From Dimorphilus gyrociliatus (taxonomy: Eukaryota; Animalia; Annelida): DNA of 64,000 bases. The DNA lies in assembly GCA_904063045.1 (NCBI GenBank), contig CAJFCJ010000008.1:682001-746000 (forward strand), written 5' to 3'. The translations under genes and the position numbers were made by a program. Shown here one piece after another: positions 35,340 to 49,111 of this stretch (position 1 is its first letter; the number at the start of each line of letters is the position of its first letter). The notes under the pieces are model-generated. The model was not told where the DNA came from and made no database searches. It was given only the letters and a program-made list of their open reading frames with translations.

Positions 35340-37764
35340 ATGAAAATGTGGACTCTTCTAGCAGTGTTTCTATCCTTCCAAGTCATATCATGTTCATTTT
35401 ATCCATTTATGAATACTTCTCTTTCATTTGATGATAGGGTAAATGATCTTGTTCAAAGACTGACTCTGGATGAGCTAACTGAACAAATGGCTAGAGGGGG
35501 CAGGACAACATATGCTCCTCCTATTACTAGACTAAATATTAAACCATACTCTTGGGGTACAGAATGTCTGAGGGGGGATGTTACTGCTGGGCCTGCAACC
35601 AGCTTCCCTCAAGCACTGGGTCTTGCAGCTTCATTCAGTAGAAATGTTTTATGGGAAGTGTCAAGAGCAACAGGATTGGAAGTAAGAGCAAAGTTTAATA
35701 ATTACACAGCTGCTGGACAGTATGGTCAACACAAAGGTGCATCCTGCTGGAGTCCAGTTATTAATATTTTAAGAGATCCTAGATGGGGAAGAAATCAAGT
35801 AAGTTATTGAGATAGCTAAGTAGAAAAATGTAAGGGTCAAGTATTTAAAATAGGAAACATACGGAGAAGATCCCTGGATGAGCGGGGAATTAGCTAGAGC
35901 ATTTGTCAACGGTTTACAAGGAGATCATCCTAAGTATATTATGGCGAATGCAGGTTGTAAACATTTTGACGTTTATGCTGGACCAGAAAACATTCCTGAA
36001 AGTCGTCATCAATTTAATGCAAAAGTTTCTGTTCAAGACTGGCGTCAAACATTCTTGCCTCAGTTTAAAGCCTGCGTAGAGGCCGGAAGTTTGAGTTTGA
36101 TGTGCAGTTATAATAGGTTTGTGTGATACAGTTTGCTACAATGAGCTTGTTCATTGCACTCTCTATTTCGTTGTAGGATTAATGGAATACCTGCTTGCGC
36201 CAATAAATTCCTGTTAACTGACGTTCTGAGGGGTGAATGGGGATTTAGAGGATACGTTATTAGTGATGAAGGTGCAATCGAAGATATTAAAGATAATCAT
36301 CACTATACGAATACTATACCTGAAACTGCTGCTGTAGCAGTTAAGGCTGGATGCAACTTGGAGGATGGACCAGGAATAAAACCATATTTTTATGGAATTA
36401 GTGATGCTGTAAGACAAGGTTTACTATCTCAGGACAAAGTTCGAGAAGCCGCTAAGCCTTTATTTTACACAAGAATGAGATTAGGACTCTTTGATCCACC
36501 CAAAAATAATCCGTACTCAAAATTAAAACCTGAAGAGTTTGTACAAAGTAAAAAACATCGCTATTTATCTCTGATAACTGCTATGAAAACCTTTGTTCTT
36601 TTGAAAAACAATGGAGCCTTACCGCTAAGAGTAATATATAGATCTAGTTTGCTATATTAGTAATTGAATATTATGATATTTTGCAGCGGAAGTTTAATAC
36701 TGCAGCTATTGTTGGTCCATTTGCTGATAATTTGAATATTTTATACGGTGAGTATAGCGCCGACGTTGATCCCAAATATGGAAAAACTCCGAGACAAGGC
36801 TTGCAGGATATGGCTAATAACCTTAAATACGGAGCTGGATGTTTGCAATCTTCTTGCAATGACTACAATAGTCAAACCGTGAAAGACGCTGCAAAAGATG
36901 CTGAAGTAACTGTTGTCTGCCTTGGCCTCGGTGCTGACTTAGAAGGAGAGTCGAATGACAGAAGTAATATTGATCTTCCTGGAAAGCAACTTCAACTGTT
37001 AAAGGATGCGTCTAGGTTTTCTCCAAGTAAGCTGTTTATATGATTTCTAAGTGTAAATTTAAACGGCTTGTTAAATCATTATAGGCAATTCGAAGGTCAT
37101 AGTTATTCTCTTCAATGCTGGCGCATTAGATGTTTCATGGGCTCAAGAGTCGTCTTCCGTATCTGCTATTATAGCAGCGTGGTATCCCGCTCAAGCAACC
37201 GGTGATGCTCTATTCAATGTTTTGTATAATAGAGGAGAAGCATCCAACCCTGCTGGACGTTTGCCGGCCACTTGGCCAAAATCACTGTCTCATTATCCAA
37301 ATATGACCGATTATAGAATGAATGGAAGAACATATAGATACCCGTCAAAGTATGATAATTTATATCCATTCGGTTTTGGACTTTCATATACAAGATTCCA
37401 CTATTCTTCATTCACGGTTACTCCTACCTTATCCAAATTCCCAAATCCATTCCGTGTTAGAGTATTTGTCGCAAATATTGGTTCTGTAGATGGAGAGGAA
37501 GTGGTTCAAATTTACAGTCAACAAGCAAATGTAACGAAGGGTGCTCCAAAAATTCAATTGGTTGGTTTCGAAAGGGTTTTTATTCGAAAGGGCCAAATTG
37601 AAATGGTAACATTTCAAATACAACGGGAACAATTTACGGTTTGGCAAAACGATCGCTTTATTGTTCCAAAAGGAACGTATACTTTTTATGTTGGTGGTCA
37701 ACAACCTATGCAAAACGTGAGAGTACCATCTAATGTATTGATGCAAAAAGTTATGATCAATTAA
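35340..37764 (+). CDS. Secreted GH3 beta-xylosidase/beta-glucosidase-like enzyme (BXL-like), 5 exons
   Basis: Signal peptide, WSPVINILRDPRWGRNQ|ETYGEDP, CKHF, MCSYN, GYVISDEGA (nucleophile Asp), EGESNDR, LYPFGFGLSYT, and an Fn3-like C-terminus. Confidence 0.93.
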
Positions 37765-38326
37765 ATATTCTTTTCAATGGAAACAATCAAAAATATTTAT
37801 AGCAGAAATGTGATAATACCAACATCCTATTTTATCAATAGTGTTAGTATGTGAATATCTATGATTTACTTGGTGTTTACTTAATTTAAAACAGATGCTA
37901 TGTTATTTACCTTTAAAAAATAAACTCTTATGTCTGTATTAGTTTATTATCATATAAGAACAAGATAGTAAATTACCATTAACTTCTTGTTTTAGGCACC
38001 TTTCCTTGATAAAAATCTAAAAAAATATATAAAATGAAAACACCAAAAAGGAATATATTAATAGACTTGAAAATGTTTATTTTCTTCTTCTTGGGTAGAG
38101 TAATATTTGTTTGTAGATCTATGATTATTCATTGATAATAGAAGAGGCAAAAAAGAGTAGCTTATCCTAATTCAGAGATAGGAAAGTAGAATTGCTTTAA
38201 CTAATTAATATGTTTAGTATGTTTTTTCCTTTTTAGGTAGATTTTAATCAACAGAAAAAAAATGTAACAGATAACCAAAAACACAAATTGCAGAGTTTTA
38301 AAATGGCACCTCTTTAAACTTTACCA

Positions 38327-40854
38327 TTACGATTCCAATTTTTCACCATTAGTTGATTGAAAGAATTCGCTTGTTTCGTTTTCGCTAACTGGCAACTTCT
38401 TGTGCGTAAATACTTTTGAACCATTTTCTCCGTATTCGGCAACGATATCACCTTGGGATTTTAGCAACCATTTCGTTGTCAAAAGACCTTCAACACCAAC
38501 TGGTCCTCTTGCGTGGATTCTCGACGTGCTAATACCAACTTCTGCTCCTAATCCGAAACGATAGCCGTCAGAGAATCTAGTACTGGCGTTATGGAAAACG
38601 CATGCAGAATCTAAGCTCTTCAGGAAATGACCAGCTACTTCGTTGTCTTCTGTGATAATGGTATCAGTGTGTGATGAACCGTGTTTATGAATATGCGCTA
38701 TGGCATCGTCAACATCTTCTACAACTTCTATAGTGCATTCAAGGCAGCCATATTCTATGCTCATGGATTTAGCTGGCGGTGGTCCAAATTTCATTTTGCT
38801 TAAAAGTCTGGGTCCAGCGTGAATTCTGACATTGGCACTCTTAAGAGTGTCCAACATTTCATCGAAAAACGGTGTGCCCAATAAAGATTTATGCAACAAA
38901 ACTGTTTCCAAAGCATTGCATGCAGCTGGGTAGTCAATTTTGGAATCTTTTACAATTGCCAAAGCTTTTTCAAAATCAGCAGTTTTGTCTACGTACGCAT
39001 GGCAAATACCTTCGGAATGTCCCAAAACAGGAATAGATAAACTTTGCTCCTCTATAGTGCGAACTAAACTAGAGGATCCTCTTGGGATAACAAGATCAAT
39101 ATAATTATTTAATTGTAGTAAATCAGCAATATCTTCTCTTCTCGATATCAAAGCAACAGAATCTTTGGAAGCATGCAGACCAATAGCATCTTGAACGAGG
39201 GAATGAAGTATCTGATTGCTATGATAAGCTTCCTTGCCACCCTTCAGGAGTAAACCGTTACCAGATGCAATAGAGAGAGCCGCAATCTGAGGGAGGCAAT
39301 CTGGTCGTGACTCGTAAATAATCAACAATACACCAATGGGAACGGAAACTTGTTCAAGGGTCATTCCTTGTGAGAGCTCAGTTCTCTTTAATACTCTTCC
39401 AACTATATTATTAGAAGTGGCAGCAATTTGTCGAAGACCTAGTTAAGAAAGATATATATATATAGTCTATTGTGTTTAGCTTACGTTGGAGGACAACTGG
39501 TAATAGGCTAGAATATTTACCTCCTGATAGATTAGCAAGTTTATTTGGACTTAAGACCAATCTTGAGATAAGCGGTCCAGACAGTCCAATTCTTCTAGCT
39601 TCCTCTAAGTCATGTTTATTGGCGACAAGAATTTCATTCTGGTTGTCCAATAGTGAATTAGCTAAGTGATTAATGATCTCTGAACGCTGTGTAGGTGAAA
39701 GCTGCTGGAGTTCTCTTCCTCCGTCCCTTGCTTTAGCAGCTTGAATTTCGATAGGTGTTGTGGTTTGCTGGAGAGGCGTGAAAAATGTTCCAATCTTTTT
39801 TCCTTCAACAACATTGGTAATAGCATCGCTCTGAAAGCCATTAGCGATGACAACATTTGTTCCGTGCTGTAAAGCCCATGAAGCTGATGATACTTTACTT
39901 TCCATACCTCCTAGTCCAACTCTACTCTTTCCTCCGTAGACAACATTTGCAAGATCAGAACTTGGATTGTACGTCGATAACAATCTAGAGCCATCGGTTC
40001 CAGGTGGAGAGCTATATAAGCCATTGACATCAGACAACAAGATTAGAAGCTCTGCTGATAGTTCTACTGCAAGACGAGCGGAAAGTGAATCGTTATCTTT
40101 AACTGATATGATGCCTTGAAGATCCATATCAGCTTCAGCGGGCGATGCCACAGCATCATTAGCATTAATTATTGGTACTATATTCAAACGTAACAACTCA
40201 TTAATAGTCGATCTTAAATGTTGCCTACTAGAATCATTATAGATATCTGGTTTTGTGACTAAAATTTGTGCTGTTCGAAGACCATATTGCGAGAACATAG
40301 CCTCGTATAAGGACATCAAACCACTTTGACCTGCTGCCGCACAAGCTCTTGGTTCTAGGCCCTTGGAAAAAAGAAGATATTGATAGATTATATCAATCAT
40401 TTAATACTTGTTATTAAAAGGAAAAGGGATAATTCTGGCAATTGTACCTGATTCGTATCAATCGTAGCAATAGTTTGCCTCATTGTCATGCTCATAGCAA
40501 TTTCTTTTCTTAATTTTTGTTTACCAAATGCAACAGCACCACTCGTTACAATCATCATTTGATGGCCTTTATGTTGTAATTGAGCTACCTATGAAAAAGA
40601 ATAGGGTATTGTTTTTTATGGAAATTTAGGTCAGTTCGTTTAATTAATTTATTAAAATACTTTACCTGTTCAACAATTGACCCTAGTCTACCCAGAGCAA
40701 GACCACATTCATCCTCCCTAGTTATAACTGCCGAACCAAGTTTTACTACAATCTTCCTAAGGTCGCTTAATTCATGCCTATATTGGGCAGTTTTCAAGCA
40801 GGTAGAAGTTGTATGAAGGTACCGGGTACCAGTATTTTTAAGCAGTCTCCACAT
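38327..40854 (-). CDS. ALDH18A1: Delta-1-pyrroline-5-carboxylate synthase (glutamate kinase + GSA dehydrogenase), about 4 exons
   Basis: Mitochondrial presequence, [70 protein letters not shown]. Confidence 0.97.
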
Positions 40855-41267
40855 CGTGTTTCTTCAATCTGTATCAGTAGAGAAATGAAAAGAGTCGCAT
40901 TGAAAGTCAAGCCGGTTAGGAAAAGTGGACCATGTGCTTATTCTCATAACCGAAATGATAAAGGAAAGACGAGGCATGCATAGATTGAGCTTTTATATAG
41001 TAAAAAGGTTAATAGGCTAAAAATGGTCAAGCAAAGTACACGTTTTATCAAGCCAAAATTCCAAAGTAGCTTGTCAAATGTCGATAATATAAGATTTCAT
41101 ATGCAGTAATATCAACAATTGAAAAAAAAAATAAATAAAAAAAAAATAATTTACATCTCCTTTCGCGATATAAATACTACTGATAAGGATTTAATCGTAA
41201 AAGTTATATAAGAAAACTCACAATACAAAGTTATACGTAAACATGAACAAAACTGGTAATTGTTTAA

Positions 41268-42714
<1,447 letters not shown>

Positions 42715-43441
42715 ATAATATGAAAATTCATTAAAATGAATTTCAATCAAAACAGAGAAAATCAAGTATAATTTTTTTTAAAGGAAAAACACAAAGAAAA
42801 ACTGAAAAAAGTAGGTTAAGCTTCTTATCTGTTTTTTTTACATTTTCTTTTAATCTTTCTAGTCGAAAATGTGTAATTTTTGTTGGAAAGTATGTACTAA
42901 CTGTGGCAGTACATGAATCTATATGTTTTCTTTAAAAAATATCTTATTTAATGTGGGTCGGAGGATGGTTATTTTATATATCTTTGGAATCTAGTTTCAG
43001 ACTTTCTAGTGGTTTTTAAACATTTTAAAAGTAATAAGAAAAAGAGAGAATAAGGGGGAAGACTTTGATTATATTCTTTCATTTATTCTCTCTTTTTCCT
43101 GGTGCGTCTTCTATCTATCTATCTATCTTCTAGCATACCTGCAATTTCTATAACTTGGATAAACTATACTATCATCTTTTTGCTCCTAAAAATTTTGTGG
43201 GATTATTGTTAGATAATTGGTTGTTTTGTTATTTATATATTGATGAAAGTGTTATTATCTTCAAAGTATTAAATACGAAACAACATTATGGGAAAGAAAA
43301 AAAATGTTGAATAAATAGTTAATAGGTTCAAGAAAACACAATGGTTTAAAGCACCAAAAGAAAAGATAAATTATGGGTGTTTTTTATACTTTTGCATATA
43401 CTGGAACACACTTAAGTACACTTTAAGGTCATTATTTTCGA

Positions 43442-44096
43442 TTAACTAGTTGTGCTTGTAACAGAATTGTTACTTAAAGTTAGACCGTCTACTTCTTCTT
43501 CGCAAAAAGATCCACATATTTCGTTGAGTTGCTCGTCTATTCTTCTATGAAGCATTTCATTATCTTCGACAACGTCCTAAGTAAAAGAAAAAAAGAACAA
43601 ATTTATTTGTGAAATTCTATATCAACAACGCTTACAGCCATTTCTAGTTCTAATTCGTGTTGTATATTCCTATCAAACTTTTCCTTGTATTCTCTTAGAG
43701 CTCTGCGTTTTCTCTCGGCATAAGATGTAGGTGGATCTTTAATTTGCTTTTCAATTTTTTCTTTCAACGCCGCAACCTTAATTAAATAAGAATTCCTTTT
43801 ATTGTTATTAGCAATATATTTACTATGAAAAAAATCATTGTAGAAAATACAACTTCCTCTCTTAGGCAGGATATCTCATTATCCTTGCTTTCGATCAATG
43901 CTTCGGCACTTTCTTTTAACGCTCTTTCATCCTTTAACTTGTTCTGGAACAAGTTATTCTCTAATTTTAGCGTTTCGTTCGCTTCCTCTGCTTCTGATAG
44001 TTTAACTATTAGCTTATTTAGTTCTTCTCCAGCGTACAAGTCTGTGTTTCTATTAATTCGGTCATTTAATCTTTGCATAGCACTAACACTATCCAT
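43442..44096 (-). CDS. Orphan coiled-coil protein (about 170 aa, 3 exons; upstream exons possible)
   Basis: Phase-0 spliced E/K/L-rich heptad sequence MDSVSAMQRL...CLREE|VAALKEK...ELEMA|DVVEDN...TSTTS*. Confidence 0.65.
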
Positions 44097-45207
44097 TGTA
44101 TTATATCGAATTTTCCATCAAATGTATTTATTTAGCCAAAGATAAATTTACAAGAGTAAAAGTTGATGATCGTCGAGAGGAAACCGGGAGATACCCAATG
44201 ATTCATCACACTAATATGGCTCCTACTCTACTGCATTTTCAATACTATCTCTTCCCAAACCTGGTTCACATACGAGTGCCCTTTTTTTGCCATTATTATT
44301 ATTGTGAACAAAAAGAGGTACACACTACAACTTGTTAGTTGAGTATCTGTCAAATTTTTTTTCTGAATATTTCGCGTTCTAAAAAGAACAAAATAAGTAT
44401 AAAAAAAAACTACTAAAAACTTTATTCATTAACCGTAAAAAAAACGAATTATTAGTATATTAACTAATTTTATTAAGATTATTACTTTTAACAAAAATTT
44501 AATTAAATATCATTAAATTATGAACAAAAAAAAGAGAGATACGAAATTAAAAAACCTACTTAATTATATTTTTGATGCAATGTTTTTAATAGAATAGAGT
44601 TAACAGTAATTTTTTTAAACCATTGTTCATAAATCTATAAAGAAAATATATGAAAATATTTATTTTTCTTTATTTCTCTTTCCATTATTATTGAACCTGT
44701 TGAAAAAAGAAAAGGAATAAAATATATTGCATTTAACTAAATTATTAATGTCTGTTTATGAGTAATTGGTAATGGCTTTTATTAACTTGATTTCTACTAA
44801 AAGCATTTTAAAGCTACTCTCCTTAGATAGTGAAATAGGAGAGATAGATATTATGACAAATATAAAATACAGAGGGCACTAGCCTTCAAAACCATCACAA
44901 ATTTTTGTATTAAGATTTAAGGTCGCGATTGAGATACGTAAGAATACTTGAGATTACGTACGAAGGACGCCAAGTTAGAGTACCTTGAACCTTGAAATGT
45001 TAATTTTTTTTAACTATAAATATGTCCTGAAAAAATGCTACTATGGTATTTTTCCGAGAACGTTAGCCACTTTATCCTAAAAACAATGCTTTAAAAGAAG
45101 TTCTTATTGTTTATCAAAGAGAATAGTTTACTTCTGAATCTAAATATATGATAATTTACTAGGTCAAATACATGTAGAATTATCTTTTACCGGTTCATAT
45201 AGTATAC

Positions 45208-45252
<45 letters not shown>

Positions 45253-47182
45253 TGTATATATATAGATTAATCTTATAAGCGTAACATGCTGCTTATGCAC
45301 GCTGTAATTTTAAAGGTAATAAAGTATTTGTACTTGAAGAATACCTATTATTAGAGTATGATTTGTTAAGAAATTAAACTGTATATACTGCTTATACCAT
45401 TTACTAAGATTTTTTACGAATGAGAACTTTCGAAAATGCTTCCAAAAATAGATACAGTACATATTTTTTCACTTATTCATAATATATAAGTTTATATAAA
45501 ATATAAATAGAATTGAAAATTAAAAATAGTAAACTTTGACCTTCTTATTGTTCTTCTTGTAGTTAATTTCATCGTCAGTTATATACTATATATATAAATG
45601 TATATATATGTATGTTAGTGTTTCCTTACTTTTCAATCGGTTGTTGACTATAATTAATAACTAGTTTAAAATAACTAGACATTATCAAAATAATTTCTTT
45701 TTAATTAGAAAATTAACAGGCCTATTTGAAATATGAGGCTGTCTTTGTAGTATATATATATACTGAATGAGAGAGCGAGTGAAAGAGAGAGAGAGAGAGA
45801 GAGATACTTTTTTTGTGAAAAATGATACCTTAAACTATAAAAATAATAGATTGAAATTCATTACTTTTTTTTATTTCCTTTATTAACAATTAATATTTAC
45901 TTAATTATTAATATTGTATCTTAGATTTAGCCTATAGTATGCATTTATATATATATATATACATTTTTCACTATTAATTCTTTATCCTACAACATGTGCT
46001 TATAATTTACGGCTATCTATTCTCAGTTTTTGTTCTAGAGTTTGAAAAATGAAGGGGGAAAAGTACACTAGTAGAAATTCTCGTCGCATTGTCAGGCTTA
46101 TGTATTGAGGGGAAAAAGTGAACTTGAGAAAGAAAACTGTTACTTTATAATATAAAGAGATAGAAGATACTAAGAATGTGCAAAAATGATAAGCGTTAAT
46201 CATTAACTTTAAAGTATTAGATAGTAAGCGTTATCTATTATAACCTTAAATAATACTAGAAAACAAGAGGATACAAATTGTTTAATTTGCAAAAAAAAAT
46301 TTGTAGCATTATACAACATTGCGATAATTGTTATTGGCGAGAGAGAGAGAGAGAGAGAAAGAGAGAAATCTTTAACCGACTTGTATTTTAATTTGAATAA
46401 ATTCTTACTAAAACAGGACACATGAGTAAAGAAAGTTCTTTAAAAAAATATCTTTTGTTCCTTAGGCGAGAAATTTACCCTTTTAGTATTTCCTTTCCTT
46501 TTTTATTACAAGTTATTCATATCTCTATTAATTCCACTTTATAGGGGAAATTAAAATACTTTAAAAAGGCCATAATTCTTCTCGAGTCTTCTGTCATTCA
46601 ATTTGATCAGATAAACATTGAAATTGGAGTACTTTAAAAAGCATTTCGACCCTCATACAACAATAAAAAAGTCCAATTTGGCAATTGTGATTTAAAATTT
46701 CGCGCCAAATCTTAAGAAGAGTATGAGAGGACGAGAGAGCAGATATAAAGTTCTTATTCTAAAACCAGTTATATAGTACTATTCAAACGGTGCATTGTCA
46801 AATTCTTAAATGCATATAGTTATAAAAAATTATTTTAATTGTTAGGCCTACTCTGTAAAATAAATTCTTTTTATTATCAATGGAAGAACTATTTCAAAAA
46901 ACAGCGACATCTAGAAATGGTTGGAGAAAAAAAAACACGGAACGGAACCGGAAGTTTCGTTGCCTATCAAGATCCTTTTGGGGAGAGAAGATATTGATGG
47001 AAGCTATTTTTAAATTGAGTATTCATCGAATGATCTTTTAGGGGATAAGATATCAATAAACCGTTGTGAATGGATTTATCACCAACCGTCTATTATTTCA
47101 ATTAATTTGTCCAGGGAGGGGGTAATTATACAAACAGGTTTTGCTGAAATAAGTTTAATATTTGCCTTTTGCTAGAGGAATA

Positions 47183-48693
47183 ATGAGTAAAAAGGATCTT
47201 TATAAAGTATTAGATGTAGCCAAAAATGCCTCGCAGGATGATATCAAAAAACAATATAGAAAATTAGCCAAGAAATATCACCCAGATAAGAATAAGGAGG
47301 AAGGCGCTGAAGAGAAATTTAAAGGTTTAATATATGAATAGAAAACGTTATATATCCCTCTTAAATTTACAATTCAAATATAGAACTCTCGGCTGCGTAT
47401 GAAGTTATTGGTGACGAAGATAAGAGAAAGGATTATGATGTAGACATAAGAATCCAAGAGTATGATAAGAGAAAAGCGCAAGAACGAAGATCTGCAGGAC
47501 ATAAAGAAGGCAAATTTGGAAATAGTGGATTTGGGTCAGAATTCAACTTTCGCTATACGTCTGACTGGAAATCTGACCCTTTTAAAAATAGCAATAATAA
47601 ACAATCGGGTTCAAAATTTAAAAGTCAGTTAAATGAGATTTTAAACGGAAACACGTCAGTGAAATTGTAACTGATATATATCTTATACAGATTCGTCTAG
47701 AAGAAAGCACAGGGGTGGCCCAACGAATTCTGAAAGACCTGAATGGAATAACAATTGGGGCGACACTGGCTTTGATGATGATGAATTCGTTTTTAAAGAT
47801 ACGTTCGACTCTTTCAGATTTCCCAAATTTCCTTTTTCGTCTCCTTTCGATGATGTGTTTGACTCTTTTTTCGGAACGTCTGCTAAAAACTCGCCTAGAG
47901 GTCATAATCCCTTCGAGTTTGTTTTTAATCTCAAATCAGGGTTTGGAGATCCGTTCGAAGAACGTTTCCTAAACGATTTTACAAATAAAAATCGACGAAA
48001 TCCTCGTCAAATGTCTGACGAGGAAGTTAGTGGTGTAAGTATTTTAGTTTAAAGCACAATTTTGCGATAAGATTTGATAATTTTTATCTAGATGTATGAT
48101 TGGAGTGTTCCACTGTGGAGAAGGAGGAGAAAATCTTCATTCGAAGGTTTATATTTCTTTTTCTACTGTATCACCAAATTATTAAATTTAATTTATTCAG
48201 ATGATGAAGAGGGTAATACATCTAGATTCCCTTGTGTATATTGTGGAAGTATGTTCCCTCCTCAAGGCCTGGTAATATTGTGAGAGATATCAATTTCATT
48301 TTTTTGATTATCTATTTTCCTTTAATAGGCAAGACACCAAAGTGTATGTAAAAGATGGCAAAAGGAAAATGCAAGAACGCCTAGCTACGGAACAACAGAG
48401 TTTCCAAATAATCAAAATTCGAGAAGGTAGAAAATTCATTTGGCTGAAATTGAATATCATTTCCGTTGATTATTTGTTTTTTTTTGTAATCTTACAGTAG
48501 TCAAAGAAGAAAAGAACCCAAGACTGAAGATGAACTTATAAGTTGCTCATACTGTGGATTGAGATTGAGTGCCAATTTAGCTAAAACTCACATACCTCTT
48601 TGCAAAGCTACAAAGTCTCATACTCGACCGTCCAGCGGAAAAAATGCTTACTCTTCGGGTCATTTTTTCAGACCTCAGTCTAGGAAATTTTAG
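47183..48693 (+). CDS. J-domain (DnaJ/Hsp40) protein with a G/F-rich linker and two C-terminal C2HC zinc fingers, 7 exons; mostly missed by the ORF track
   Basis: DLYKVLDV...[13 protein letters not shown]...[15 protein letters not shown]; F/D/G-rich middle; CVYC-x11-H-x3-C and CSYC-x11-H-x3-C; exon phases are consistent. Confidence 0.85.
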
Positions 48694-49111
48694 CGCTTCC
48701 TCTCTATATATGATTTGCTTATTGCTCCGTCTCCTCATAAAGATCTTATTGTATGTGCATGGCTTCTTTTTTGTGGGTAATTTTAACTGAAATTTATAAA
48801 AATTTCAAATTTTCGAATACAATATTTTATAATAAAAAAAAATCGTTTGATAAACTATCTCCTCCTAAATCGTAAACAAGAAAATAAAGATGCTAATCAA
48901 TCGATTGAATAACCACAAAATTGTCAAGATCCGCTTTGCTGCACCACAACTATTTAAGCGAGTGTCATATTTACAAATCCTTAAGAATGCCAATTATTTT
49001 AATATATTGGCTTAAGTGAGGGTAAACGTATAAATTGAATTGGTTTTATTTATTTTTTTTCTTTTAAATAAAATTGACCTCTGGTCTTTTTTTTCCAACT
49101 GGTGTCTTTAA

